Source: Carcharhinus amblyrhynchos
Taxonomy: Eukaryota
Direction of reading: 5' to 3'
DNA: 64,000 nucleotides
Assembly (NCBI GenBank): GCA_965287045.1
Contig: OZ336874.1
Coordinates: 49,600,001-49,664,000, forward strand
Shown: positions 46,779 to 60,995 of the stretch, piece by piece
Layout: each line of letters opens with the position of its first letter
How positions within the stretch are numbered: the stretch's first letter is position 1
The notes under the pieces: model-generated
The model's database searches: none
Seen by the model: only the letters and a program-made list of their open reading frames with translations
Told to the model about the DNA's origin: nothing
Program-made: the position numbers and the translations under genes

Positions 46779-48244
46779 GTTAGTAATATTGTACATTTCC
46801 CCACAGCACACAGATAATATAAAGCCTGGTCAGTTTGAAAGAACTATTTGCACTAAGCTATGTAGCTATAATTGAATAAATGCCCAATCTGATCTTTTTA
46901 TTCCTGGTGTATTTTGATTTATACAATCCTGTTCCTTGTTGCAAAGCCTGCAAAATCTTGTTGCACATTTAGTAAAGCTTACTTATTATAATTGTAATTT
47001 ATGTCACAATACATTTATTAGCAAAAATATCAATATGTTAAACCATTAACAATATAACTACAACCGCAATCCATTTTCTTGTATGTCGTAATAGATATGT
47101 CTTATGGCAGTCTTTCCTAGATTAAAGAACTTCAACTACAATTGATGTGGACAATATTATTCTCTGCCTGTATTGAATTCTTTGACCTGAGTTAATTGCA
47201 TAACACTTTCTCTAACCTTAGCCATCTAAATGTGATTCAAACAACCTTGATTTGTTATTGTGTAAGCTCACTTCTTGTCATCTCTTGTAATGTTTGCCTC
47301 TTGGCACTATACCTGTTTTAATAAAGCATACTTCCCTTTCCATTAACTCACATTTTTATTCACTTTCATTTCTATGTTTTCCTTCTTAATCCCAAACAGA
47401 TATATTAGACCAATTATCCTCCCTTTCCAAGTGTTATATTCGCATCAGCCTTTTTTTCACTACTTAATGAATGGGAATGTGTAGACTTGGTATCCCAGGC
47501 GAAAACTTAGAAAATCCAGAGGAATGAAAAAGCATCTGATTGGTGATATTCCCAGATCTCAATGAACAATCAATTACAAGAGAACTGAGCCTAATTTATC
47601 AAATCTTTTCATGCTCTTTGGAGGTGCCAGAGTGGAATTGATACTATTTTACCATCTAGCCTGTCCCAGAATCAGGGTGGGTGAGACTTGCAGAACTGGA
47701 TTCTCTGTTGTCCTTGGGCAGGATTTTACAAGCCTGCTCAAGAGAGGTCATAAGATCCCGGCTTCTGTATCACATTTTTAAGTTCTGCTTTAAAGATTCA
47801 ATTAATGATATTAAAACAGATTATCACTATCAAAGGTTTTACAATTGATTTCACTTCAGTGTTTGGGGCTGCTAGTGGAAATCCTGTTGGACTGTTTGCC
47901 ACTTAATTACTATTTTTTTTGTAAACTGATAGCGGTTTCATCCTGTTACCTAGGCACCAGGTGACATTAACTCAAGGCTTTGACTTCATTGGGAGAAGTG
48001 GGAGAAGCCATAGGATTGACCACGTTGAGGACTGTCCTTTTACATTAGAATACATAGCTCAGAAATAGATCATTCCATCTAACTGATAAATGCTGGTTTC
48101 GATGAACAACCTCCCACTTCTCTTCACCTAATGCTATCTGAATATCTTTCTATTTCTTTCTATAGAAACCTATATTTTCTACATTTACCTTCTATCAAAC
48201 CCTTTTATGATTTAAAAACTTCTATTACGTCAATAAACCTGGAA

Positions 48245-48710
48245 TGGGAGAATTGCCTTATGAGAAAAGGTTGCACAAGCTAAGGGTAAGAGGAGACTTG
48301 ATTGAAACAGAAAAGATCCAGAGGGATCTTGAGAGGTGGATGTGGAAAGAATGTTTCCTCCTGTGCATGATGTTCTGTATTCTCTCCTTTGGTATGTTTT
48401 GTCTGTATAGCATGCAAAAAACAATATTTTTCATTGTATACTAATACATGCGACAATAAATCAAATCAAAAACAATCTAGAATAGGGGTCACTGTTTAAA
48501 AATAAGAGTTGAGAGACTTTGGAACCCTCATCCTCAAAAGGCAATAGTAGTTTTTGAATATTTTTAAGGCGGAGGTAGATTCTTGAAATGTAAGGGGTAA
48601 AAGATTATCAGGTGTGGGTGGAAATATAGATTCGAGGTTGCAATCAAATCAACCATGATCTTATAGGGCTTGAATGGCCTCCTCCTTTTCTTAATTTGTA
48701 TCTTTGTGTG
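48245..48710 (+). mobile_element. Decayed CR1 3' end containing a Rex1 tail (~48365-48470), within an older minus-strand CR1 relic (~48040-50150)
   Basis: LPYEKRLHKL..RGDLIE, plus a caataaatcaaatcaaa Rex1-type tail. Confidence 0.65.
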
Positions 48711-50565
48711 CTCTTTTCTAGAAGAAAGAACCCACCCAATTCAATCTTTCCTGATACATACAAATTATCTGTTCTGATAACAACCTTGTTGATCTTTTTA
48801 GCACCTTAACCAGTGTCTCCATATCCTTTTTCATATTGTTGAGACTAGCGTTGAGATTTACTGGCCGTTCTCACCGGCAGGATCTTTTGGTCCATCAGTG
48901 GCAAGCCCCTGCCACGGGTCCCACCTGTTGACCTCTTAAATATGCACTGACCAACATTCTGCACAAGTTTAAGATGACTTATTTACTTTTCAGTCCTTTC
49001 AGTCTCAGTAGTTAACTTTTCTGATGGTCTAATGTCTTACCCTAGGTCCCTTTATTCTGCTATTCCATTTAGACTCTTAATTTCCATTAGGTGACTTTCT
49101 CATGCATTCAAAGTGCACTCACATTTATCAATATTGTAATTAATTTGCTAATTAATCTGCAAATGTATTAATGTCATCTTTATTGTGTCAGCCTTCCTCA
49201 GTATTGACTCTTCCTCCAATTTTGGCACAACTCAAAATTTTGAAATTGTATCAAGTTGTTTAAGTAAATCCAAAACAAACAACGGTCAGAGTTTTGATTA
49301 TTGCGGAATATCATTTCCTATCTTTTGTCAATTTGTATAGCTAACCAGCTTCATTCTTGCTGTTTTGTTTTCTGCTGTACGCCAGCATGCTACCCATCTG
49401 CTTGTCCCCTGAATCGATATGCTCTGCTTTTGGAAATGATTAAACTAAGTGCTATCTTTACTGAAGTTACTTTGAAAATCCAAATTTTATTGCATCCACT
49501 CCATTATTCTTGTCTACTCTTTCTGTTACTTTGAAGAATTCAAGAAGATACGTCAAGCATGACCTTGCCTTTTGAAATCTATGGTGACTATTCTGTACAG
49601 TTTTTCAGTGTTTTGAAGCTTTTTGATCACAAGTAAGAATTTCATTATCTTGTCTTCTATTGGCAAACTATAATATCCTGAATTATGTCCATCTTTTTTT
49701 AAATATATGAATAACATCAATCTTCTGGCACTATTCCCTTTTATGCTAGTTTTCAGTCCCTTTGCCATCACTTAAACAGCTTTCAAGATTTCAGATGCAG
49801 TCCATTTAGAAGAAGAATTTTATCTTCTCTAAGCTTGTTTACTTTATCAGTGATCTTCCCCCTTTTCTGTTATAATTACCTGTGTCTCTTTGATCTTTTC
49901 AACTTATTGGCCCCTCTGGTAACCACTGAGGTAAAATTGATCGTCCATATTTCTAGTAAATCACTGTCATTTAGCTGTGAGCTTATTTGTATCCACGATG
50001 CATCTTTATTGATTAGTTTGTTCTTATATCCCTGAACAAAGTTTAAAAGTATTGGATGTGTTCGACCTATTGAGGTGTTCTCTTTGATTATTGACTGAAT
50101 CCTGACCGGAGGATTTTTTGAATGACTTTTTCTATCACTGTTCATTTATGCTTTTCAGCACTTTGCATGTAGGAAGTGTAAATTTAGGCCAAGCTGATGG
50201 GATTAAAGTTTATTTTCTACTTGTCATGTTCTAACTATGTATAGAGGTTGTGGTTTAACACAAAAAGAAAGATGTGGTTTACACGAGTAGATTCAAACTA
50301 ATGACAGTAGATTTGCTGAAAGAGATGCTCTCTGCCCAAAGTACAAATGGAAACTAAAAGCAGGAGCCTGTGAAACACCCTGATATCATCAAATCATGTG
50401 ATTGTCTCTTAAAGCAATCATGCAACCATTTAAGTATATATCACCCTTCCCCCATTTACACCTGTGGTCATGACAAATTATTATGGTGTAAAGGGGGGGG
50501 GAGGAAAGGAGATGGCCTTATGGTGGTTGTCTGCCAGTGGGGAGGGCATCTCTGCACCGCATACC

Positions 50566-51865
50566 AGTTTCATTAAAGGGAAGTCGTGTCTGACAAATTT
50601 ACTGGAGTTCTATGAGGATGTGTCTAGGGCAGTGGATAGAGGAGAGCCGGTGGATGTGGTCTTTCTGGATTTTCAGAAGGCGTTTGACAAGGTACCTCAC
50701 AAGAGGTTATTGCAGAAGGTCAGGGGACATGGAGTTGGGGGTAGGGTGTTAGCGTGGATAGAGGATTGGTTGTCAAATAGGAGGCAGAGAGTGGGGGTCA
50801 ATGGGTGCTATTCGGATTGGCGGTTGGTGACTAGTGGGGTGCCCCAGGGGTCGGTGCTGGGGCCTCAGCTATTTACCATTTATATAGATGATCTGGAGGA
50901 GGGAACCGAGTGCAGGGTGTCGAAATTTGCTGATGACACCAAGATTGGGGGAAAGGCAAATTGTGCGGAGGGTGTGGAGAGTCTGCAGAAGGATCTAGAT
51001 AGGCTGGGCGAATGGGCCAGGAAATGGCAAATGGAATTTAATGTTGGCAAGTGTGAGGTGGTCCACTTTGGTAGGAAGAATGGTAGGAAGGACTATTACT
51101 TACGTGGCAAAAACTGCAGCAGGCGACGGTGCAGAGGGACCTCGGGGTCCTTGTGCATGAGTCGCAAAAACCCAGCTTGCAGGTGCAGCAGGTGGTCAGG
51201 AAGGCAAATGGGATGCTGGCCTTCATAGCGAGGGGGATTGAATATAAAAGTAGGGAGGTCTTGCTGCAGCTGTATAGGGCATTGGTGAGGCCGCAGCTGG
51301 AGTACTGTGTGCAGTTTTGGGCGCCGCACCTGCGCAAGGATATTTTGGCCCTGGAGGGAGTGCAGAGGAGGTTTACTAGGCTGATACCGGAGTTGAGGGG
51401 ATTGAGCTATGAGGAGAGGCTGAATAAACTAGGCTTGTACTCGTTAGAGTTTAGAAGAATGAGGGGAGATCTCATTGAGACGTATAAGATGATGAATGGG
51501 ATGGATAGGATAGAGGTGGAGAGACTCTTCCCGCTCAAAAAAGACAGTAGGACTAGGGGGCACAGCCTCAAGATAAAGGGGAGGCGGTTTAGAACGGAGT
51601 TGAGGAGGAACTTCTTCACTCAAAGGGTGGTGAATCTCTGGAATTCTCTGCCCGTTGAAGTGGTGGAGGCTGCCTCGCTAAATATTTTTAAGAAGCGGGT
51701 TGATGGGTTCTTGATAAGAGAGGGGATTAAGGGTTATGGGGAGAGGGCGGGAAAGTGGAACTGAGCCACAACAGATCAGCCATGATCTTATTGAATGGCG
51801 GGGCAGGCTCGAAGGGCTAGATGGCCTACTCCTGCTCCTATTTCTTATGTTCTTATGTTCTTATG
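50566..51865 (+). mobile_element. Very young 5'-truncated CR1, RT domain, with a single frameshift
   Basis: GKSCLTNLLEFYE, LDFQKAFDKVPH, SGVPQGSVLGPQLF and KFADDTK. A 1-nt deletion in the A-run at 51109-51113. (ttcttatg)3 tail. Confidence 0.95.
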
Positions 51866-52417
51866 AGTATGCGACTACCCTGAGGATTCAGAAGGCATTG
51901 TGTTGTAACATGTAAAGGGAGGGTACAGCTATGTGGTGCCCATGAGGGACAGTGTCCGTGACTGCTGAAGCAATGATGTGGTAACAGTTGACAACCAATC
52001 AAGGTGAAGCACGGCACAGGGTATTGGGAGGGGTTGAGGAGTCCGGGATAGGTAACCTAACAGACTCTCTCTCAATGCCCTTCCCCTCTCGACTCTCCCA
52101 CCCAGAGCAAAATTAGGTCTTGGATTGGAGCCAGCAGAGCTGGCAGCAATTGTTGTTGCTGCCATTGCAGTCCTAGAGCACTCTGACATCCCAGAGAGCA
52201 TTGAGAGCCTCCCTGGGCTGCCTGAATGTCTCGTGGGGGACAAAGATGACCCACTGATATCAAAGAACAAAAACAGCCTGGGAAACAGGCCCTTCGGCCC
52301 AACGAGCCTGCGCTGCCATTTTAATATTACCAGTCCCCCCCCCCTCCACCTATGACCCTTATCTATTGTTTTTATGGCAATCCACATTGAGGGAAACTAA
52401 TTTAGGGACAATTTATT

Positions 52418-52695
52418 ACTGCTGCCTCACAGTGCCAGGGACCCGGGATCAATTCTCAGCTTGGGTCACTGTCTATGTGGAATATGCATGTTCTCTCTGT
52501 GTCAGCGGGGGTTTCCTCCGCTGCTCTGATTTCCCCCCACAGTCCGAAAGACGTGTTGGTTAGATGCATTGGCCATGCTAAATTCTCCCTCAGTGTACCT
52601 GAGCAAGTGTTTTAGTGTGGTGACTTGATGGTTTTTTACAGTAACTTGTTTGCTGTGTTAATGTAAGTCTACTTGTGACAATGATAAATAAACTA
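52418..52695 (+). mobile_element. HE1/V-SINE-like SINE
   Basis: ctgctgcctcacagtgccagggacccggga...ctacttgtgacaatgataaataaa. Confidence 0.85.
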
Positions 52696-53277
52696 AATTC
52701 TGTATGCTGCGAGTAAGCTGATCAATCCCTGGATAGTTGGAAGGGAAGACTGTGCTCTCAAATGACGGTGAGGCACAGGAGTTAAAATTGCCTCATTTTG
52801 GTGATGTTATGGGGGCTCGCCACCCATCCAGTTCATATCCTGTTAATATCGTTCCCCATCCTTCACATCATGCTGGTCAATCTACCTTTATATTCTCAGT
52901 GACTGTCATGATCTTTCTAAAATGCAGTTCCTAAAACTCTCAGTATTATAACTGAAGTTTGGCAAATTGTTTGGACAAATTTATCACTGTTTTTCTTTCA
53001 CTCAATACTGCTATGCATTTGACATTTTTTAATGGCTTTATCTAATTGCAGTTTCATTTTTAGGGATGCAGCTTTGCATCCTCAAACAAATTTTCATTGA
53101 GTAAACCCCCATTTCTTTTTTTTCCAAAATGTATTACTTCACACTTATCTACATTACATTGCATCTGCCACTGAGTGCCCATTCTACTAACCTGTTCATG
53201 TTTAACATTTTTAATATTATTTGCCAAAATCGCGTCTTATTCCATTTTCTTAGCCATCACCATGAACACAATCTCAG

Positions 53278-54830
53278 TGTTGTATAAAGGGTTAATGTTA
53301 AGTATGTAAATATAGTCTACATCATCAGGGAAATAAGATCACATGACAGCAGAGCCTACCGAAACAAGTGAAGCCTCATGCTGAACTACGTTGTGCATAG
53401 TTAATAGAAAGTTTAATAAAAGATAAAGTTTGCTAACAGCCTATCATCCATCAGTATCTATTAATCCTGACTGAGTACAACCTCATCTAAGAGCCATAAT
53501 GATAGTGGAAAACATGATAGAAAAAGCGGAGATTGAGACAAGCAGCAACAACTGCGGGACAATAGCAGTATTTTTAATGGCTTTATCTAATTGCAATTTC
53601 ATTTTTAGGGAGGCATACAGTTCAGCCATGCATCCTTGAGCAATTTTTCATTGAGTAAATCCCTATTTCTTGATTTTCCTTCTCTGCCAACTGTCTACCT
53701 GCTCCTGCTCCAGTGTCTAATTTGAAGTTTTTTTTGTCTATTCACCATAATGTTTGCACTCCAAGAGTTTTCATTAGATCCTATAATTTCTCTCAAGAAT
53801 GGCACTTTGTCTTTTTCATCTTCAACTTCTTAAATGCTATATGTTTTAAGTCATTTCTAAGGATGAGAATCTGACAAAGGTAGGAAAAAAAAGCACAATT
53901 CTTACAAAATTAGATGTAAGCAGTTGTTTTTGGCAACTACCTTTTGGATGAGGAGTCAAAACTGCTGACTATCTTCGCCATATCATTTGGGAGATATTGC
54001 TTCAAACAGCCTTTGGAAATACATCAACACTGGAGATTTTCAGAGGATGACGAGAGACATTTTAGAATGTTTCACCTGCCACACAGATGACAGCCTGATC
54101 CATGGGTCCACTTTACTGGAATATGTTGTAAGAGTGGGGGAATGTTGGTCTGCAATTAAGAAGCAGGACTGACTCTTCATAATTAAATGTGAGTTCTCAC
54201 ATTAAAATTCTAGCTGATATTGCTCCAGCATCAGGAATCAAGGGTGATCCCCAAAAGATCGAGACAATCAAAGATTTTCCACCACCCTGTAACGTTACGG
54301 AACTTCAGAGCCTCGTGAAAATGGTCAATCCTACCTAATCTGGCACACTTTAAGATATAGATTGCTTAGGCACATTGATCTTTCTCTACACCCTAGCTAT
54401 GACTGAAACACTACATTCTGCACTCTCTCTTGTTTCCTTTTCTGTGAATGGTATACTTTGTAAATCAAATCAAAGCAAGACCAAGCTTGGTACTGGGAAG
54501 AACATCAACAAAGCTTGCTCCAAAAATCAAAAAATATGCTCATTTCACTGCACATACTGACATACTATGACCTGGAACTGTTCACGATAGTTGCTGGAGA
54601 TGCATTAACTGATAATATTGGAGCAATAATCTTTGCTATGATTGAAAAAGAGGCATTAGAACCACACAGGTCTTTGAGAATTTTCCTACCTATGGCTTAG
54701 ACCTAAACTTTAGTAATGAGACATACCACAATTCTCTGGCCAGCTTATTAAATGCTAAGAAACTAGCAAAGATGCCACCAAGATTTTGGTTAAGAGCCAG
54801 CGATTTGATGCTACAACTTTTTCCAAAGAA
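53278..54830 (+). mobile_element. Decayed Gypsy remnant (LTR-like 53278-~53515, RT/RNase H 53890-54830) with a Rex1 tail insert
   Basis: LTKLDVSSCFWQLP/LDEESKLLT, FGRYCF, CHTDDSLIHGST and AMIEKEAL. Confidence 0.7.
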
Positions 54831-54844
54831 AACAACAAATATGT

Positions 54845-57480
54845 TGTTTTTTTTCATTCATTCTTGGGATTTGAGCATTGCTGGCAGGGTCAGGCCATTC
54901 CTAATTGCACTTGAGAAGATGTTGTGAACCAACTTATTGAACCACAGCAGTGCGTGAGGAGTAAGTGCACCCACAATGCTATTAGGAGGAGAATTCCAGG
55001 ATTTTAATCCGGTGACAATGAAGGAATGATATAGTTCCAAGTCAGGATGATGCATAACTTGGAGGAAAACTTGTAAATGATGGTGCTCTCATGTAACTGC
55101 TGTCTTTGACTTTCTATATGATAGAGTTAGATATGATTTTGAAAGGTACTATCAAGGGAGGCTTGGCAAGCTGCTGCAATGCATCTTGTCACTGGCACAT
55201 ATTGCTGCTATTATGCATTGTTGGTGGAAGGAGTGAATATTAAACGTGTTGGATAGGATGTCCATTCAGCAAGTTGCTTTGGTTTGGACGTGTTGACTTC
55301 CTAAGTTGCTTGTGTTGTTTTAAGCTGCACTCATTGAGGCAAGTGGTGGGTTATGAGCATCACAGATAGGGCCAGCCTATTCCTAATGGGAAGTATGAGT
55401 ATTTAGTCACATTCCTGACTTGTATCTTTATTGATTGTAGACAGGCTTCAGGTGGTGAGTAACTCACCACAGAATTTCCAGTTTCAGACTTGCTCCTGTA
55501 GTCGGTATTTATATGGCAGGTCTATTTAAGATTTTGTTCATGGGTGACCCTAGATTGTTGATAGTGGCAGATTCAGAGATGGTAGTGAGATTGAACATCA
55601 AGGGGAGATGATTAAATTCTCTCTTGTTGAAGATGATCATTGCCCAACACTTCTATGGAGTGAATTTATTTGCCCCTTATCAGCCCAATGTTGTCCAGGT
55701 TTTGATAGGACTGCTTCAGTATCTGAGGAGTTGAAAATGGTATGTAATTATCATTGAACATCCTCACTTCTAACCTTTTTTTGGGAGGAAGGTTATGATG
55801 AAGCAGCTGTAGATGGTTGGCCCTTAGACACTACCCTGAGGAACCCTGGCAGCGTTGTCCTGGGGTTGAGATGATTGACCTTCAAAAACATCAGCCAACT
55901 TCCTTTTATTTCATTAATGACTCCAATCAGAGGGGTTTCTCCATGTTTCCCATTGACTCTAATTTTGCTAGGATTCCTTCATGGCAAATTCAGGCAAATG
56001 CTACCTTTAATGTTGCAAACAGTCACTGTCAGCTCACTTTTGGAATTCAGTTCACTTGACCTTGACTGTAAAAAAAAAAGTCTGAAGCCAATTGGCTCTG
56101 ACAAAACCCAAACCAAACATTAGTGATGAAGTTCCACTACTAGCCCTGTACATGATACCATCCATCATTTTACTGATTGAGAATAGTTAATTGATCGAGT
56201 TGGATTTGTGCTACTCTTTGTGGACAGGATATACCTGGACAATTTTTCACATCGTTGGGCAGTGTTGTAGTTGCACTGAAACAGCTTGGCTAAGGGCAGG
56301 AGTAATTCTGCAACATCACTCTTCAATATTACAGCTGGGATGCTGTCAGGGCCCACATGACATCACATGGAGTGATTTGAATTGCTTGAAGACAATGATG
56401 CTGGGAGCTCAAAGAGACCAAGATGGTTCATCCACTCAACACCTCTGGCTGAGGATAGTTGCCAATACATCAGCCTTGCCTTTTGCATTGACATACTAGG
56501 CTGCCCCATCATTGAGGAGAATGTCTTTGGAGCCTTCCTCAGGTTAGTTTTTAATTGTATATCACCAGATGTAGCAGGACTGCACAGGTTTGATCTGATC
56601 TGTCAGTTTTGGGATCATTTAGCTCCAGTTATTACGTGCTGCTTGCACTGTTTAGCATGCATCTAGTCCTGTGTTCCAGCTTCACCAAGTTGGACTCTTA
56701 TTTTCAAGTATGCTGGTGCTGTGCCCCATACATTCCTCATTGAACCAGAGTTAGTACACTGGCTTGATGGTATTGTTTGTGTGAAACATATGCCAGACCT
56801 TAAGCTTACAGGTTGTGGCTGAATACAATTTCTGCTTCTGCTGATGGCTCACAGTGTCTCATGGATGCCCAGTTTTGACATTCTGGATCTGTTTTGAATC
56901 AGTCCTGTTTATTATCATGGTAGATAATGAAAGATGTCCTCCGTGTTATGTGGGAATTTGTCTCCACAAAGACTACATGTCGGTCACTCTTCCCAATACT
57001 GTTATTGACATTTGCATCTGTGACAGGTTGAGAAGGACAAGATCTAGTAGATTTTACTCTCTTGTTTGGTTTCTCACCACCTGCCACAAGCCTGGCAGAT
57101 ATGTTCTTTAGGACTTTGGACACCTCAGTCACTAATATTGTTACTGAATCACTCTTGATGGGCATTGAAATGGCCTTCCAGAGTATATTCTGTACCCTTG
57201 CGTTTCTTTCAAGTGGTGTTCAACACTGCAGAGAACTGGTTCAACAACTGAGGGTAGGCAGAAATTGCTAATCAGCAGAAGATTTTGGTTGTCCAGGTTT
57301 GTTCTGATGCCTTGAGACTTCATGGGGTCCAGAGTTAATGATAAGGACTCAGGGGGCACTCCCTCCTGTATACCATGGTGCTGTCACTTCTGGTGGATCT
57401 GCCCTGCTGGCAGGCCATTGTCTGCAAGATTCAGAGAGCATGACTGTGTCAGGTTGTTGCTGTTAGTGGGTGAATTTTTC
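54845..57480 (-). mobile_element. Decayed CR1-superfamily LINE (APE end, RT, tail)
   Basis: MGPDSIPAVILK...LAKLFQ and GLKSWNSPPNSIVG peptides, with a 3' tail at 54845-54965. Confidence 0.75.
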
Positions 57481-58652
57481 ATGTTCAATGGGTTTCTGGT
57501 GCCTAGATCGATTGCTAGGTGGTCTGTCCACTTTTAGCTTTATTCACCTTATTCTTATTCAACATACTGTGAGGAAACTTAGACTCTTCAGTAAGCATCT
57601 GAATTCCCAAATTAGTCAAGGACTTCTCACCTCAATCCTTGGTCTTAAACCAAGACTAATTTGGATTCCTGACAGTAATTGGATATGTAAGCTCCAATCA
57701 CGTATCCTCTGGCCAAATGAATTGCCACCACTGCTTGTCATAAAAACATATTATTTATTACACCAGGGTTGCAACCCAAAAATAGAATGAATGCTATCAT
57801 TACTTCTTGTCACTCCAGTTAGGCCACCTTAATGTTATTTCCAGAACTTTGCTATTTACAATTTTACCCATTAGAAACATAAACTGCTAGAACATCTTTA
57901 TTTGAATTGTGATTCGTAAAGGAGTTATGTTGTAATGCTAGGAGTTTTATAACTATGCTCAGTTCCTGAAATAGCAGGGAACATTTTGTGCCAGCATTCT
58001 GATCAGCTGACCTCTTTAGATTCTGTAGTGCAATCTTTTCCGCCTTTCTAACTGAAATGAGTTTAACTTTTTTTTGTGGATTTTTTTAGTAAAATTATGT
58101 ACATGACAATATGACCATTGTGCTTTAAACATGACGTGCCATCATGTGACATTCTTGTATATTACATAAATTTAATACTTTTCTACAATAACTGGCTGAT
58201 TTTAATGAATATAGTCTCACACACAAGTAAAATCAAATTTAAATTTCACTAATATTTAAGAGCCTTCCTTTCAAATGTCTTCCAGATGTTAAGCGCTACT
58301 ACATTGTGATGCTTCCTCTGAAAGTTTACCAAGCCACGCCTGCCATGAATTGCACACATTAGGAAAATCTTTAAAGTGTGTAATTGTATCCATATAATGA
58401 ATATCTCCAGTTAAATTTTGATGACACTCCCAACAAATGCTGCCAGTGCCTTGATCTGCTTAATACTTTGATTGCAAGCAATTATAGGCACATAACGTAA
58501 CAGGAAAGCATTTTGTATTTAGATGGAATCTGCTGGCTCAACAATAACTATGTGGGATGAAATTGCACTGCTACATTATAACAAAGACAGTGCCCCATTT
58601 AAAATGAACACCAACAGGTTGTGTTTTCACCACTTCAATTAACCTTTGTTAG

Positions 58653-58704
58653 ATTAGCAGATAGGCAATGTTTTTGGGACTCTGCTCAAGGCTGTCCTGT
58701 AACT
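58653..58704 (+). other. Candidate exon (start 58653 or 58661)
   Basis: Branch-like ttaac, ctttgttag| or ttagcag| acceptor, donor ACT|gtgagt. Frame (LAD)RQCFWDSAQGCPVT. Confidence 0.3.
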
Positions 58705-59576
58705 GTGAGTAGGATGAAATCTAAACTAAAGGAATTTGCACAGTCACGGAAGACTAAGGTGACCACAGAGCTGATGGCAAGAATATACTCGAGGAAAGGG
58801 AGATCACAGATGGGACATAGCTGAGACAGAATTAAAAACAGCTTTTTAAGAAGTGGATATGTGAAGCCAAAAAAACAAATTAAGTTACTGACAATGTCAG
58901 TTAGCATTGGGTCAAATAAGATATTTGTGCAGTCAAGCTCAAATAGGTTGCCACAAACACTCAGGCTTTTCCCTGCATATTATTGTGACAAAACGAAGGG
59001 CTGCTTTTTACCTGATGTAAGAAAGACCTGCTGCCAGGACAATACAGTTTCTGAAACTGCATGGAAAGACAGTGGGACCTTGGGAGTGATTTTACTGACA
59101 TGGGTTAGTTAAGTGATTGCCACTAAGACTATTGCCCAATTAAGGGTGATGGTCTGCCTCTGAGGGCTGCTGGCAAAATTGGGGAATCGAAGGGGGAGGA
59201 GCTTACATGTTTGGGTGGCCTCAAAGGGTCTCTAGTGGAGCTGTGAAGGTGACCATTGTCCCTTGGTAGGCTGCTTCATGGGCCTTGGGGTGGCCAGGAG
59301 GAAAGGCCCTTCATCTGCTACCTGTGCCAGGAAGCTGCTGGAAGGCACTCTGTGCTTGGTGCTCTCCCCATGCAGTGGAGCCTGTACCGACACCAGTAAC
59401 AGAATCATAAAGGGTCTGTTAATTGTACAAACATTTGGCCACCTGCTTCCACTTGGCAGATGGCTAAGGTACTTCCATTCCCACTTCTGGGAATATCCTG
59501 AGGTGGTGGAAAGGTGTTGGGCTTTCCTCGTGATGCTTTCTGCTGTCAATTTACAACCCCTCCTACTGTCCAGCCT

Positions 59577-60380
59577 GTGAGGTTATCCATTTTGGTAGGA
59601 ATAACAGCAAAATGGACTATTATTTAAATGGTAAAAAATTGCAGCATGCTGCTATGCAGAGGGATCTGGGTGTCCTTGTGCATTAATCACAAAAAGTTGG
59701 TTTACAGGTGCAACAGGTAACTAAGAAGGTAAATGGAATTTTGTCCTTCATTGCTAGGGGGATGGAATTTAAAGAACAGTGAGGTTATATTGCAGCTGTA
59801 TAATGTGCTGCTGAGGTCACACCTGGAGTACTATGTACAGTTTTGGCTTCCTTACTTGAGAAAGGATATACAGGAGGGGGTGCAGTGAAGATTCAGTAGG
59901 TTGATTCTGGAGTTGAGAGTGTTTGTTTATGAGGAGAGGCTGAGTAGACTGAGGCTGTACTCATTGGAATTCAGAAGAATGAGGGGAGCTCTTATAGAAA
60001 CATATAAGATTATGAAGGGAATAGATAAAATAGAAGCAGGGAAATTGTTTCCACTGGCAGGTGAAACCAGAACTAGGGGGCATGGCCTCAAAGTAAGTGG
60101 GAGCAGATTTAGGACTGAGCTGAGAAGGAACTTCACACAAAGGTTTATGAATCTGGAATTCCCTGCCCAGTGAAGCAGTTGGCGCTACCTCATTGAATGT
60201 TTTTAAGGCAAAGATAGATACAGTTTTGAATAGTAAGGGAATTAAGGGTTATGGTGACTGGGTGGGTAAGTGGAGTTGAATCCACGAAAAAATCAGTCGT
60301 GATCTTATTGAATGGTGAGCAGGCGCGAGGGGCCAGATGGTCTATTCCTGCTCTTAGTTGTTATGCTGTTACATTCTTAT
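59577..60380 (+). mobile_element. CR1 3' fragment
   Basis: YEERLSRLRLYSLEFRRMRGALIETYKIMKG with a standard tail. Confidence 0.9.
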
Positions 60381-60995
60381 ATTCCAGGGGATTGATAAAA
60401 TTGTAGCCCGTAACTCAGCTCACAGTAACCTATTTTCTCACAGCAGCTCAAAAGCAATAGTTCCCTACTTGCGTTTCTCAGTTCACTAATGTGTTTTGGG
60501 TTTTTAAAACAGAATTTTAACACCATCTAATCATTCTTCCTTAATTTATCTTGTCTATTTTATTATTGTGCCTTGTACCATGCATCTTGACCCTTCATCT
60601 TCACTCAGTCTAGTTCCCAAATGGTGGTATTAGATACATCCATTGCGGTTTTGGTAATTGTGATACAGATACTATTGCAAGTATAAAAAGGGATAGCTAT
60701 GAAAAATGAACTGTAATGATACAATTCTACTTCAGTGGAGTGATAAATTTCTCTTCTAAAATCCTGTTTATAATTGCCTGCATGTTGTTTGTCAGCTGTG
60801 GTTACTACAGCATGAATATCTGAAATGCACTTTTGGCAGATTAATTTTGTTAAATAAAAGTAATGTAGCTCACATTATTTTGGTCTCTATTTACTTGTCT
60901 GGTAATGGTCACTTTAAGATATTCATAATTTGAAACTAATTTGGTATTACAAGCAAAATAGAGATCAGCCTGCTGACACAGTTGTCTTTCTAGAG

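Noticed and set aside
51929-52387. 152-aa minus-strand ORF
   Set aside because: It is chimeric across a CR1 tail fragment and a decayed transposon-like segment, with no splice or motif support.
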